Positions 10,749-21,396 of a stretch of 64,000 bases of DNA are shown here, one piece after another. The number at the start of each line of letters is the position of its first letter. Within the stretch, counting starts at the first letter, position 1. The stretch comes from an uncultured bacterium. Lineage in GTDB: Bacteria > Patescibacteriota > Minisyncoccia > SW-4-49-11. The position numbers and the translations under genes were made by a program. The stretch covers positions 8,939-72,938 of the forward strand of contig CALMJI010000018.1 in the NCBI GenBank assembly GCA_937864235.1. Reading direction: 5' to 3'. A model generated the notes under the pieces. That model made no database searches. It was not told the origin of the DNA and saw only the letters and a list, made by a program, of their open reading frames with translations.

Positions 10749-11378
10749 TTAATTACTATAAATACTCTTAATACTTTCAACTGAAGCAATGTCGGTTAAA
10801 ATTGTATCTGACTTCAAAATATCTATTAGATTCAATGAATCAGAAGGAATTAGTGAAACATTAGGAATATTAGAGAATGACTTTTCAATATTCTTATCCT
10901 TACGGTCAAATACAACTAAAGTTTTAGTAGAGTCTAATTTGAGATTATTTAGAATTGATAAAGCCTCTTTTGTCTTCATCTGAGATAGAGCAAATTCATC
11001 TAATAACACAAATTTATCATTAGAAACTCTTGATGATAGAGCCATAAATAAAGCTTTTCTCTTCATTTTTTTATTCACTGATATAGCAAAGTTTCTCAAA
11101 CTAGTAGGACCAAAAGTAACACCTCCTGTACGCCAAATTGGTGATCTAGTGGATCCATGACGAGCTCGTCCAGTACCTTTCTGCTTCCAAGGTTTTTTAC
11201 CACCTCCACGAACTTCAGACCTATCTTTGGTATGAGCTACTGGATACAGGGTATTAAGAACCTGATATCTATAAACTTGATGAACTAAAGTATCATTGGT
11301 ATCAAGACCAAATATCTCAGCTGGCAATTCATATTGCTCTTTTGCTTCTCCCTTAGTATTAACTACTTGAATCTTCAT
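10749..11378 (-). CDS. rplD: 50S ribosomal protein L4
   Basis: L4 sequence with RGGGKKPWKQKGTGRAR motif. Confidence 0.9.
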   Translation of the reverse strand: MKIQVVNTKGEAKEQYELPAEIFGLDTNDTLVHQVYRYQVLNTLYPVAHTKDRSEVRGGGKKPWKQKGTGRARHGSTRSPIWRTGGVTFGPTSLRNFAISVNKKMKRKALFMALSSRVSNDKFVLLDEFALSQMKTKEALSILNNLKLDSTKTLVVFDRKDKNIEKSFSNIPNVSLIPSDSLNLIDILKSDTILTDIASVESIKSIYSN

Positions 11379-11386
11379 ATAATTAT

Positions 11387-11965
11387 CTAACCAACAATTT
11401 GTAATAATCCATTATTAGGACCAGGAATCGCTCCTTTTAATAATAATTGATTATTTTCTACATCAATATCAACTATTCTTATATTTTTGAGAGTTTGAGC
11501 TTTGAATCCAGTTCTACCTGGCATTTTACGACCTTTCAAAACATGCTCTGGATACCCAGATCCAATTGATCCTCCAGCTCTTTCGGTATGCTTTGTTCCA
11601 TGAGTAGCATTGGCTCCTGAGAAATTATGTCTTTTGACAACTCCAGCAAAACCCTTTCCCTTAGATATACCTTTAACAGTTAAAATATTACCAACTTCAT
11701 ATTGAGATATATCTAAAGCAGAACCTAATTCTATAGCTGGAAGCTCATCAACTCTAATTTCTTTCATAATTCTTGGAAGCACAGAGTCTTTCACTTTTTT
11801 AGTGTATTTAGCACCAACTTGCACGGCATTATATCCATTTTTAGAAGCTTCGATGAGAGCTTGTACTTTTACATCTGGATATAACTCAACCTTAGTGACA
11901 GGTATTACTTTACCTCCCTCAAAAATTTGAGTCATTCCAATCTTTTTAGCAAACGAAAATTTCAT
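11387..11965 (-). CDS. rplC: 50S ribosomal protein L3
   Basis: GMTQIFEGGKVIPVT L3 N-terminus. Confidence 0.9.
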   Translation of the reverse strand: MKFSFAKKIGMTQIFEGGKVIPVTKVELYPDVKVQALIEASKNGYNAVQVGAKYTKKVKDSVLPRIMKEIRVDELPAIELGSALDISQYEVGNILTVKGISKGKGFAGVVKRHNFSGANATHGTKHTERAGGSIGSGYPEHVLKGRKMPGRTGFKAQTLKNIRIVDIDVENNQLLLKGAIPGPNNGLLQIVG

Positions 11966-11987
11966 ACTTATACTCTCACCTTAACTA

Positions 11988-12320
11988 CTAATTCAAATAT
12001 TTGATAGATATATCTACTCCTACAGGCAAATTCAGATTCATAAGAGCGTCGATAACCTTAGAATTTGGCTCTGCAATATCTATTAATCTTTTATGCACTC
12101 TCATTTCGAATTGATCTCTAGAATCTTTATGCACAAAAGTAGATTTTAATACTGTATATTTTTTAATAGAGGTAGGTAGTGGAATAGGTCCCACAGCATT
12201 AGCTCCAAATTTTAAAGCAGTATTAATAATTTGCACAGCGGATTGATCTGCAATCTTATAATCATAAGCTTTGATCTTAATCCTAATTATCGACTTGTAC
12301 TCTTCTTTTTTAGATGACAT
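11988..12320 (-). CDS. rpsJ: 30S ribosomal protein S10
   Basis: [22 protein letters not shown]10 signature. Confidence 0.92.
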   Translation of the reverse strand: MSSKKEEYKSIIRIKIKAYDYKIADQSAVQIINTALKFGANAVGPIPLPTSIKKYTVLKSTFVHKDSRDQFEMRVHKRLIDIAEPNSKVIDALMNLNLPVGVDISIKYLN

Positions 12321-12340
12321 ACCTTTTTCTTACGGAGAAA

Positions 12341-13537
12341 CTACTTAATAATTTTTGTTACAACTCCAGCACCAACGGTATGCCCACCTTCTCTAATAGC
12401 AAATCTTTGTTGATCGCTAAGAGCAATAGGAGCTACCAAGGAAACCTTTACAGTAACAGTATCTCCTGGCATAACTAATTCAGATCCTTCAGATAAAGTA
12501 ATCTCACCAGTTACATCAGTAGTTCTGATATAGAATTGAGGCTTATATCCTGATACAAATGGAGTGTGTCTTCCACCTTCTTCTTTTGTCAACACATAGA
12601 CTTCAGCTTCAAATTCAGTGTGAGGAGTAATAGAACCTACCTTAGCAAGAACTTGACCTCTCTCAACATCTTCTTTTTTGATACCTCTAAGAAGAAGACC
12701 AACATTATCTCCAGCCATACCTTCATCAAGAAGCTTCTTGAACATTTCAACTCCAGTTACAACTGTTTTTTGAGTGTCTTTTAGACCTACAATTTCTACT
12801 TCAGAGTTTACCTTGATGATTCCTTTTTCAATTCTTCCAGTAACAACTGTTCCTCTTCCTTCAATTGAGAAAATATCTTCAATAGGCATCAAGAAATCTT
12901 GGTCAATTTCTCTTACTGGTTCAGGAATAGCTTCATCTAAAGCATCAATAAGCTCTAAGATTGGCTTAGCATCAGCTGAATTAACATCTGTTGTCTCAAG
13001 AGCTTTAAGAGCTGAACCCTTTACAATTCTAGCATTATCTCCGTCGAAGCTATATTTGCTTAACAACTCTCTAACTTCAACTTCTACCAACTCTACTAGC
13101 TCAGGATCATCAACTTGGTCAACTTTATTCAAGAAGACTACAATTTGAGGAACTCCAATTTGATTTGCTAACAAAATATGCTCACGAGTCTGAGGCATAG
13201 GACCATCGGCAGCAGATACCACCAAGATAGCTCCATCCATTTGAGCTGCTCCGGTGATCATGTTCTTGATATAGTCAGCATGTCCTGGACAATCAATATG
13301 AGCATAATGTCTTGTGTCTGACTCATACTCAACATGAGCTACAGCAATGGTAATACCTCTTGCCTTTTCTTCAGGAGCTGCATCAATTTCATTAACAGCT
13401 TTTTTGGTAACTACATTTCCTCTTAAGTTAAGTACATTAAGAATAGCTGCGGTCAAAGTTGTCTTCCCATGATCTACGTGTCCAATAGTTCCAACGTTTA
13501 CATGGGGTTTTGTGCGCTCGTATTTCTCTGTTGCCAT
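12341..13537 (-). CDS. tuf: Elongation factor Tu
   Basis: [11 protein letters not shown]-loop, DCPGHADY and NKVD motifs; full-length 398 aa. Confidence 0.97.
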   Translation of the reverse strand: MATEKYERTKPHVNVGTIGHVDHGKTTLTAAILNVLNLRGNVVTKKAVNEIDAAPEEKARGITIAVAHVEYESDTRHYAHIDCPGHADYIKNMITGAAQMDGAILVVSAADGPMPQTREHILLANQIGVPQIVVFLNKVDQVDDPELVELVEVEVRELLSKYSFDGDNARIVKGSALKALETTDVNSADAKPILELIDALDEAIPEPVREIDQDFLMPIEDIFSIEGRGTVVTGRIEKGIIKVNSEVEIVGLKDTQKTVVTGVEMFKKLLDEGMAGDNVGLLLRGIKKEDVERGQVLAKVGSITPHTEFEAEVYVLTKEEGGRHTPFVSGYKPQFYIRTTDVTGEITLSEGSELVMPGDTVTVKVSLVAPIALSDQQRFAIREGGHTVGAGVVTKIIK

Positions 13538-13605
13538 AGAAGTGTTATTTAATTATTATTGTTTAACCTAATAAAAACTTAGATGAGTCAAACATACTCT
13601 TGCCT

Positions 13606-13634
13606 ATTATAAACTATATCTGTAATTTAGTCAA
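13606..13634 (-). promoter_or_regulatory. Consensus sigma70 promoter for tuf and the S10 operon
   Basis: Read on the minus strand: TTGACT (13629-13634), a 17-nt spacer, then TATAAT (13606-13611), about 69 nt upstream of the tuf start. Confidence 0.6.
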
Positions 13635-13680
13635 GTGTTTGTTTGTAATTATGAATTATGGGTTTTGAATTTTAAGTTAT

Positions 13681-13930
13681 AGTGACAACACCTCCCCCGA
13701 GGGAGGACAGTTACGTCTGTCCCTCGTCGGGGCGCGAAGGGTGGCAAGGAGTGCCGGGTTTGAACTGAGCGAAATTCCCCTCTTGAGGGGTGCCCGTAGG
13801 GCGGGGTGGATAAAATTAAAACTATAGTATGAACTTTAACCAATATCCACCTCCGGCCTAAAGGCCACCTCCTCCAAAGGAGGACAGAAATACCACAGAA
13901 TACTGTAGGAATAAACTCTACGCTACGAAA
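13681..13930. repeat. GC-rich island of REP-like hairpin repeats (GTAG/CTAC-flanked stems) plus one copy of a conserved 46-nt hairpin element (13845-13890)
   Basis: Local GC far above the roughly 30% background. Short perfect stems (CCTCCC-CCGA-GGGAGG; GGACAG-TTACGT-CTGTCC; CCCCTC-TT-GAGGGG; GGCC-TAAA-GGCC). GTAG at 13796 and CTACGCTACG at 13918-13927. No ORF with homology. Confidence 0.6.
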
Positions 13931-13935
13931 AATAT

Positions 13936-15546
13936 TTACTCAATTATTCCTTTACCTAGAATATCTAATAGTTTAGTATGGAACCTAGTATCTTGGATTT
14001 TATATGGGTGTGGTAGTAATTGTTTTTGAGAGATACAGTATACTTCATCAATTTGAATCCTTTCTAAAAAGTCTAATGAGTGTGAGACTACTATTAATGT
14101 CCCTGTATAGTTCAATAACCCTTGTATGATGGCATCTTGGGTTTGTATATCTAGATTATTGGTTGGCTCATCTAGTAATAGCATATCTACTGGGCTTAAA
14201 CTAATCATAGCAAAAGCTAGTCTAGCTACCTGACCTCCTGATAAATCTCCTGCTAATTGATTAACTTGATAATCGTCCCAAAATAAAAATTCTCTTAATT
14301 TTTGTCGAATTGTCATTAGAGAAGCTTTCGGATTATAGACCTTCATATTATCTATAATAGTAAGATTTGGTTTTACTATACTATAGGTTTGATCCATATA
14401 GACTATATTGGTTTTATCGCTAATTGTTATCTCTCCTGAGGATAATTGTTTTTGAGCAAGTAATTTTAAAAATTGACTTTTACCTGTACCATTAGCTCCT
14501 AGAATAGCTATTCTCTCGCCTTCGGTCAGGCTTAATCTAATATTATTGATTAGTTGATTCTTATCTACTTGTATCACTCCACTTCTAATATCTAAAATTA
14601 TATCTGTAGTTGGTCTAGGGATATGATTGACTATATACTGTACTGTCTTCTTGATTTGTGGTTCTAGTTCATTAAGAATATCTTTATTTTCTTGTATTCT
14701 AGAGTCATACATTTGTTTCTTTTGTCCGGCTCTAACTTCGGCTTTGCTTTTGAGATAGCCTCTATCCATACGAGACATACTTCTATCTTGTCTGGCTTTG
14801 ATTCCTACTTGTATATTTTTCTCTTGTCTTTTGGCTTCTAGCTGTAGTGATTTGTCTAATCTTTTTTTATCCTTTAGAGCTACTTCATAACGGCGGAGTC
14901 TAGCTTCATTTTCCAATCTTTTTTGTTCTCTATAAAAAGATACATTGCCTCCAAACTCTCTAATATAACCATCTTCCAATTCCCAGACTCTATTGACTAC
15001 TCTATCAGCAAAAGAGGTGTCATGTGAGGCAATAATAACACTGTCTGGATAATTCTCTATTCCTTTAATTAACCACTCTTTGGCTTGAATATCTAAATGG
15101 TTTGTTGGCTCATCTAATAGTAAAACTTGTGGCTTTATATAAAATATAATTCCTAAATGTAATTTGACTAACTCTCCCCCACTTAAACTTGATATGGTTC
15201 TTGTAGTGTCAATTTGCAAATTGAATTCATTTTCTACCTTTACAATTACTTCCCACCATTCCTCAACCAAACTAGCTAAATATTCCGATATAATTAAATT
15301 TGAACTTAACATATCTAGATGTAATTGAGGGAAATACCAAACTGTAGCCAATTCCTCTATTTTACCTCTAGTTGGTTTGATTAGATTAGCTATAATTTTG
15401 AGTAAGGTTGTCTTTCCCGCTCCATTATTACCGACCAAGGCAATTTTATCTCCTTTGTGAATTGTAATAGAGATATCTTTTAGAATATGCTTCAGTCCAC
15501 TTTTAAATCCAATTGAATTGCTAGCGATATACAGTTTTTTCGACAT
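13936..15546 (-). CDS. ABC-F family ATPase (tandem ABC domains, no TMD), EttA/Uup-like
   Basis: Two Walker A motifs (GNNGAGKTTL and GANGTGKSQ) and two LSGG signatures, with a charged linker between them. Confidence 0.85.
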   Translation of the reverse strand: MSKKLYIASNSIGFKSGLKHILKDISITIHKGDKIALVGNNGAGKTTLLKIIANLIKPTRGKIEELATVWYFPQLHLDMLSSNLIISEYLASLVEEWWEVIVKVENEFNLQIDTTRTISSLSGGELVKLHLGIIFYIKPQVLLLDEPTNHLDIQAKEWLIKGIENYPDSVIIASHDTSFADRVVNRVWELEDGYIREFGGNVSFYREQKRLENEARLRRYEVALKDKKRLDKSLQLEAKRQEKNIQVGIKARQDRSMSRMDRGYLKSKAEVRAGQKKQMYDSRIQENKDILNELEPQIKKTVQYIVNHIPRPTTDIILDIRSGVIQVDKNQLINNIRLSLTEGERIAILGANGTGKSQFLKLLAQKQLSSGEITISDKTNIVYMDQTYSIVKPNLTIIDNMKVYNPKASLMTIRQKLREFLFWDDYQVNQLAGDLSGGQVARLAFAMISLSPVDMLLLDEPTNNLDIQTQDAIIQGLLNYTGTLIVVSHSLDFLERIQIDEVYCISQKQLLPHPYKIQDTRFHTKLLDILGKGIIE

Positions 15547-15567
15547 AAATTATATTATTTCTGGCTG

Positions 15568-15576
15568 ATTATATCA
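15568..15576 (-). promoter_or_regulatory. Possible extended -10 promoter (TGaTATAAT) for the ABC-F gene
   Basis: Read on the minus strand: TGATATAAT within the 54-nt gap between the HK stop and the ABC-F start. The -35 element is weak. Confidence 0.3.
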
Positions 15577-15600
15577 TATTATTATTAAAAAAGCTATTTT

Positions 15601-17265
15601 CTAGGATTTTGATTGGTTTGAAAGTGGGTTAATATATTTAGGTATAGTTAATGTAAATGTACTACCCTTATTCAATCCATCTGATTTTACAGTAATATCT
15701 CCTCCATGTTGGGATATTATTTGTTTAGCCAAATATAGACCTAGCCCTGAACCATTTGGATTAATTTGAGGCGATTTTTTACCTCTCTCAAATTTCTTCC
15801 ATATTTTTTTGGAGTCAGCTGCTGTAATCCCAATACCATTATCTTTGATTGATATAACAAAAAATTCATTAAGAGTATAATCAATTACAATATCTATTTG
15901 CCCCTTACCATAGAATATAGCATTATCAAAAATATTATTAATAGCTTCTTTAATTTTGGTACGATCTATAGTTGCGGTTGTATTTTTACCCTTAATCTTT
16001 AAGTTAACTGTAGCTGATTTACTTGATAATAATTCTTTTTTTTCATAAATAATTGACTGTATCAACTGCTTTAGATCAATATTTTTATCCACAATATTCA
16101 CTCCAAACTTACCAGTGTTAATATCATTGGCTGCCAATACATCATTAATAATATCATTTAAATTTTTCGCACTAATATAAGTTTTATTCAGATCCTCTAA
16201 TGCCAATTTATTAAGTTCATATTTAGAATTTTCTTTATTTATAATCATACCTAAATAACCCAATATAACCGTAAGTGGCGTTCTAAACTGATGAGAAGAA
16301 TTCTTGAGAAAATTATTTTTAGAGTCTAGAGCAACTTCTAGCTCTTTCTTTTTTATGTCAAGCAATAATTGTTTTTTTAATCCCATATATACTTCTCTGG
16401 TTAAAAATATATAAATACCGCTGAACATAAAGATGAATAATATATTGGTTTGTAACTGCTCCAGTATACGACTATCTATTATGGAGAATCTCATTATTAA
16501 CAAAATAAGGGTTATAATTAGCGTTAATAATAAGCTAATTATATGTAGTTTGATATAAAATAATTTATATTTCAATATACCAATTAGGACTGTAATAACT
16601 AGTATTAACATAAATACTGGACCATAATATATAAGACTTGTATTTTGATTCAAGAATGGGATTATGATATTAGTTATCAAGGATAATATTATGGCTAAAG
16701 ATGGTAATATTAAAAATAATTCTATATTATTTTTCTCATTTTTCAATCTAACTATACTATATTTATGAAGTAATATTTTGATATATAAAATAAAGTGAGA
16801 AATAGTATATAAAGCAACTATATAATAAGGTATTGAATTATAAGCAATAGGATTTATAGAATCTAACCTTAACAACCCAATTTGTGGAATTAGAATTAAA
16901 ACTAAAATAAATATATATGGATAATATAGAAATTTATATTTTTTAGGAATTTTGGTATTAACAAATAATGATATTGCAAAAAATACAAAATTTTGAATAA
17001 TAGTTATAAAAGAAAAATAGATAAAAATATTATTTATATAAATTAAATATATATTATCTAAAGGTAGAATATATAATGTTTGTATTATAATCCATAAAGT
17101 CCAATTAAATACACCAAAAAAAATATATGTTAAGTACTTAGCTGAAATATGGTTTTTATTAGATAATTTATATACAAATAAATATATATATATTCCTATA
17201 ACTAAACTAGCCAATCCACTGAATATAATCAAACCTATTGGGATTAGTTGATTTGTATATTCCAT
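15601..17265 (-). CDS. Sensor histidine kinase with a large polytopic N-terminal domain of roughly 300 aa; no adjacent response regulator
   Basis: H-box SSHQFRTPLTVILGYLGMI. HATPase_c motifs (IFDNAIFYG; DNGIGI; GSGLGLYLAKQII). About 8-10 predicted TM helices at the N-terminus. Confidence 0.85.
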   Translation of the reverse strand: MEYTNQLIPIGLIIFSGLASLVIGIYIYLFVYKLSNKNHISAKYLTYIFFGVFNWTLWIIIQTLYILPLDNIYLIYINNIFIYFSFITIIQNFVFFAISLFVNTKIPKKYKFLYYPYIFILVLILIPQIGLLRLDSINPIAYNSIPYYIVALYTISHFILYIKILLHKYSIVRLKNEKNNIELFLILPSLAIILSLITNIIIPFLNQNTSLIYYGPVFMLILVITVLIGILKYKLFYIKLHIISLLLTLIITLILLIMRFSIIDSRILEQLQTNILFIFMFSGIYIFLTREVYMGLKKQLLLDIKKKELEVALDSKNNFLKNSSHQFRTPLTVILGYLGMIINKENSKYELNKLALEDLNKTYISAKNLNDIINDVLAANDINTGKFGVNIVDKNIDLKQLIQSIIYEKKELLSSKSATVNLKIKGKNTTATIDRTKIKEAINNIFDNAIFYGKGQIDIVIDYTLNEFFVISIKDNGIGITAADSKKIWKKFERGKKSPQINPNGSGLGLYLAKQIISQHGGDITVKSDGLNKGSTFTLTIPKYINPLSNQSKS

Positions 17266-17320
17266 ATAGTTTTTTTTATTAATTGTTTCTATTATATCAT
17301 AGATTGAGAATAAAAATAAG

Positions 17321-17641
17321 CTAACGCATCATTTCTCTTTTGACCTTATCTTGCATTACATTAATTACAGCTTGAGTTGAGTCTGATTCACTTAAAACAT
17401 TCTGCTTTACGACTTTACAAAGACCACATTCGTGAATAACAAATTTAGCCTCCCCTCCTCTAGTGATAATATCTATAGGTCCCATCAATCCATTACATAG
17501 TTCTTGTCTATCACCTGGATATTTATCTACATGTAAAGAGTATAGACAACTTGGACAATGATTGGTATAACCATTTCCTTCTACAGCTTGATTGCAATTT
17601 TTACAGACAAAATTTTCTTTGTTCCGAGTAAATTTTCTCAT
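17321..17641 (-). CDS. Small zinc-ribbon protein, RNHCP-domain-like
   Basis: Four Cys pairs (CKNC...HCPSC...C..C) and a TNHCPSC motif resembling the RNHCP domain family. Confidence 0.4.
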   Translation of the reverse strand: MRKFTRNKENFVCKNCNQAVEGNGYTNHCPSCLYSLHVDKYPGDRQELCNGLMGPIDIITRGGEAKFVIHECGLCKVVKQNVLSESDSTQAVINVMQDKVKREMMR

Positions 17642-17661
17642 TGAATGAGATTATATATGTA

Positions 17662-18210
17662 TTAAACTTTCTTAATTTGAAGAGAATCTAATTCTACTGG
17701 AGTATTCCTTCCAAACATATTCACTAAAACTTTCAATTTTCCTTTAGATTCATCTACCTCAGAAACTTTTCCCTCAAAATCTTTAAATGGACCATCAATA
17801 ATCTTAACTAAATCATCTACATCTACATTGAGTGTATATTTAGGCTCTTCTTTGTTAGTCTTTTTGGTAATAAAATTCATCTCATCTGGAGAAACAGGAA
17901 TAGGTGTAGTCCCTGCCCCAATGAACCCGGTTACATTGGGTGTGTTTCTGACGACATACCAAGAATTATCGGTCACAATCATCTCTACGAACACATATCC
18001 TGGATAAATTCTCTCTTCTACTGTTACTCTTTTTCCATTTTTTACCTTAATCTTCTTCTCCTTAGGGACAATTACATCAAATATATAATCTTCCATAGAC
18101 AAAGACTCTATTCTTTTCTTTAGATTCTGAGCTACGTTATCTTCTAGACCTGATATACTATGGATTACATACCAATTTTTTTCAGTACTAATAGGGTGTT
18201 GTTTTGCCAT
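17662..18210 (-). CDS. nusG: Transcription termination/antitermination factor NusG
   Basis: NGN domain (NWYVIHSISGLEDNV) and C-terminal KOW (VKIIDGPFKDFEGKV); follows secE. Confidence 0.9.
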   Translation of the reverse strand: MAKQHPISTEKNWYVIHSISGLEDNVAQNLKKRIESLSMEDYIFDVIVPKEKKIKVKNGKRVTVEERIYPGYVFVEMIVTDNSWYVVRNTPNVTGFIGAGTTPIPVSPDEMNFITKKTNKEEPKYTLNVDVDDLVKIIDGPFKDFEGKVSEVDESKGKLKVLVNMFGRNTPVELDSLQIKKV

Positions 18211-18226
18211 ATAGAGAAAGTATAAG

Positions 18227-18412
18227 TTATAAAATAAATTGAGTCAGAATATAATTAAATAATATATCTAAACCTCCTAATATAATTGTCGATGCAATGG
18301 ATATAATCACGACAATAGCTGTATATTGTAGTGATTGTTTTCTAGAGGGCCAAGTGACTTTTTGAATTTCTACTTGAGCTTCTTTGATATATTGAATAGG
18401 CTTAGTTATCAT
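18227..18412 (-). CDS. secE: Preprotein translocase subunit SecE
   Basis: 61 aa with a single C-terminal TM; conserved secE-nusG order. Confidence 0.8.
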   Translation of the reverse strand: MITKPIQYIKEAQVEIQKVTWPSRKQSLQYTAIVVIISIASTIILGGLDILFNYILTQFIL

Positions 18413-18490
18413 TATATTCTTTAATAGTACAAATAATATTACCTTATATTTTGAATCTTGTCAAAATTTTATATTTAACATACTTATATA

Positions 18491-19582
18491 CTAGTAATCT
18501 CTTAGCTTTCTAATATTAATATGCTCTCTTATTTTTTCCAAGGCTTTTACCTCAATTTGTCTTATACGCTCTCTAGTTACATTAAACTCAGCTCCAACTT
18601 CTTCTAAAGTATGGGTTATTCCGTCTTCTAGGCCAAATCGCATTTGTAGAATTTTTTGTTCTCTATCATTCAAATCATCTAGAATTTCTTGTAAATGTGA
18701 CCTTAGAAGATTACGACTAGCAGTTTGAGTTGGACTTAGAGAATCTGTATCTTCTATGAAATCACCTAAAGAGCTTCCATCCTCATCCCCAACAGGAGCT
18801 TGTAGAGAAATTGTATCTTGATTAATTTTAATAATCTGATGAACTTTTTCTACCTCTAAATCCATTTCTGCAGCAATTTCTTCTGGTAGAGGTTCGCGTC
18901 CTAGTTCTTGAACTAAATTACGGACAACTTGAGAATATTTATTAATTGTTTCAACCATATGAACTGGAATACGAATAGTTCGAGATTGGTCAGCTAATGC
19001 TCTAGTGATAGCTTGTCTAATCCACCAAGTTGCATAGGTAGAAAATTTGAAACCTTTTGAATAGTCAAATTTTTCTATAGCTTTAAATAAACCTAAATTA
19101 CCTTCTTGAATTAAATCTAATAAGGTAAGGTTGGGACTACGACCGACATATTTTTTAGCAATAGACACTACCAATCTCAGATTGGCTTCGGCTAATTCTT
19201 TTTTGGCATCTTCATCTCCTTCGAGCACTCTTTTTGAAATATAAATTTCTTGTTCTTTACTAAGAAGTGGAATGCTTCCAATTTCTTTTAGATATATATT
19301 AACTGGATCTGGTAACTCTTCCTCCCATTTTTCTAACTGGGTATGAGATTCTCCATCCTCTATTCCATCTACAGTAACTAGTGGTAAAAATTCTAGCTCA
19401 TCCTGTATTTTGATTCCCCTTTCCTTTAGAGCATCATATACCTCTTCTAACTGTTCTAAATTATCTTCGATATTTGGTAAAGCATACATAATCTCTGTTT
19501 CTGTAACATAACCCCTTGCTTTGCCCTGAGAAACAAGTGACTTAATAATTTTTTCTAAAGATGAGTTGGTAGATTTTTTCAT
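18491..19582 (-). CDS. rpoD: RNA polymerase sigma factor RpoD (sigma-70)
   Basis: Regions 2-4 ([18 protein letters not shown]; [14 protein letters not shown]; [20 protein letters not shown]), immediately after dnaG. Confidence 0.92.
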   Translation of the reverse strand: MKKSTNSSLEKIIKSLVSQGKARGYVTETEIMYALPNIEDNLEQLEEVYDALKERGIKIQDELEFLPLVTVDGIEDGESHTQLEKWEEELPDPVNIYLKEIGSIPLLSKEQEIYISKRVLEGDEDAKKELAEANLRLVVSIAKKYVGRSPNLTLLDLIQEGNLGLFKAIEKFDYSKGFKFSTYATWWIRQAITRALADQSRTIRIPVHMVETINKYSQVVRNLVQELGREPLPEEIAAEMDLEVEKVHQIIKINQDTISLQAPVGDEDGSSLGDFIEDTDSLSPTQTASRNLLRSHLQEILDDLNDREQKILQMRFGLEDGITHTLEEVGAEFNVTRERIRQIEVKALEKIREHINIRKLRDY

Positions 19583-19607
19583 ATAAAATAAGTTGATTAG
19601 ATGATAT

Positions 19608-21362
19608 TTAAGTAAATGTCTTATACTTTTTAAGAATTTCTTGTATTTTAGTATTGTCTCCTACTTTCTTTGCCTCTTTTAATTTCTTTAGCAAAGTTTT
19701 ACGGGCAAGACTCTTGTATTGATTTTTTAAAAGTAGTATATTTTCTTGAATTGTTTGTTGAGTTTGTAATTCACTGGGTTGTAATTGTTCAATTTTATAT
19801 AATATTGGTAATAACAATTCTTCAAGGGTTGTATACTCAACTTCTGAGAGAAATTGTTTACATTCACCTAAACTCAATTTTTGTGGAGAGTTTTGAATGC
19901 AATATTCTCTTAATTTAATAAATAAGTCTCTCAATTTAGGCTGAGTAAATAAAGATTGCTCTAATATAAGAATATCATGATTTGTAGGTTTGTAAAGTAG
20001 ATGTGCAATAATCTGTTTTTGTAATTTTATCAAAGGGGTTTCAATATTATGGTTTTTGACATTTACCTCCCCCTGGATATTCTTTGTTTTTAGCTGACTA
20101 TATATATCTTTTTCTGACATATTTAATAAATCAGCTAATCGCTTTATGTAATAATTTTTAGTAATTGGATCATTTATATCTTGTATCCAAGCTATTAAAA
20201 TTTGTAAAGCTTGATTTTTGGCTGGAGTATCCTCTGACTTAATCTTAGACACTATATTATTAATATAGTATTCAATAAAGTCAGAGGCTTGCTCAATGGC
20301 ATTAATCCATAGATCTGAATTCTCTCTTACTAGATCAGCAGCATCCTTGCCTCCATTTATAGTAATCACCTTGACTATACCACCCTTTTTAGTTATTAGT
20401 GCGGCGGATCTAAGACAAGCACTAATACCTGCTTTGTCATTATCAAAAGCTAATATAAATTTATTTGTATATCTTAATAATGTTGTAATATGTTGTTCTG
20501 TTAGAGCCGTTCCTGAAACAGCAACCACCTCTTTAACTCCTGCCTTATGAGACATAATAACATCCATCTGTCCCTCTACTATAATAACCCTATTATTACT
20601 CTTGATAGCTATTTTGGCTTGTGATAAACCAAACAATATTTTACTTTTGTCAAAAACAATAGTCTGAGGAGAATTTACATATTTACCCATTTTACCGTCC
20701 TCATATTCTGGTAAAACTCTACCTGTAAATCCTACTATTCGACCCAAGGTATCTTGAATTGGGATCATAACTCTACCTCTAAATCTATCATAAATATTAT
20801 TTTTATCACTACTAATCACCATACCAGAAGATTCGATATCGGTATTAGAATATTTTTGTGATAATTTTTTACTTAAAGTATGATAACTTTGAGGAGCTAA
20901 ACCAATTTCAAACAAATCTATTAACTCATCAGTGATACCGCGAGAATTTAGATAATCTCTACCTCTTTGACCATATTGCATATGTTTTAAAATAGCGTGA
21001 TAAATTTTGGTGCTATCACTGAGAATTTGAAGTAAAGTTTTTTTATTATCTACTTGGAATTCAGTATTTTTACTATAAGACTTAAGAGATATGCCTGCTT
21101 TTTGGGCTAATATATTGAGAGCTTCTGGGAACGATACCCCCTCCATATCCATAATAAATTGGAATATATCCCCTGATTTGTCTCCACCAAAATCCTTATA
21201 GATTTGAAGCTCTGGACTTACTATAAAAGATGGGGTTTTTTCATTACGGAATGGAGACAGAGCTTTATAATTGGAGCCCGCCGGAATTAGGGTAATATAT
21301 TCTCCTATAATATCTACTATATCTAATTTTTGCTTGATTAAATCTTTTGTCTCATTATTCAT
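19608..21362 (-). CDS. dnaG: DNA primase DnaG
   Basis: Zn-ribbon and RNA polymerase domains plus TOPRIM (IIVEGQMDV); dnaG-rpoD arrangement. Confidence 0.9.
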   Translation of the reverse strand: MNNETKDLIKQKLDIVDIIGEYITLIPAGSNYKALSPFRNEKTPSFIVSPELQIYKDFGGDKSGDIFQFIMDMEGVSFPEALNILAQKAGISLKSYSKNTEFQVDNKKTLLQILSDSTKIYHAILKHMQYGQRGRDYLNSRGITDELIDLFEIGLAPQSYHTLSKKLSQKYSNTDIESSGMVISSDKNNIYDRFRGRVMIPIQDTLGRIVGFTGRVLPEYEDGKMGKYVNSPQTIVFDKSKILFGLSQAKIAIKSNNRVIIVEGQMDVIMSHKAGVKEVVAVSGTALTEQHITTLLRYTNKFILAFDNDKAGISACLRSAALITKKGGIVKVITINGGKDAADLVRENSDLWINAIEQASDFIEYYINNIVSKIKSEDTPAKNQALQILIAWIQDINDPITKNYYIKRLADLLNMSEKDIYSQLKTKNIQGEVNVKNHNIETPLIKLQKQIIAHLLYKPTNHDILILEQSLFTQPKLRDLFIKLREYCIQNSPQKLSLGECKQFLSEVEYTTLEELLLPILYKIEQLQPSELQTQQTIQENILLLKNQYKSLARKTLLKKLKEAKKVGDNTKIQEILKKYKTFT

Positions 21363-21396
21363 AAAAAATTTACCAACTTTAAAGCCACCTATTCAT

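Noticed and set aside
13649-13843. 64-aa ORF (minus strand) inside the GC-rich island
   Set aside because: Pro/Arg/Gly-rich translation typical of reading through GC-rich hairpin repeats. No start context; overlaps the palindromes.
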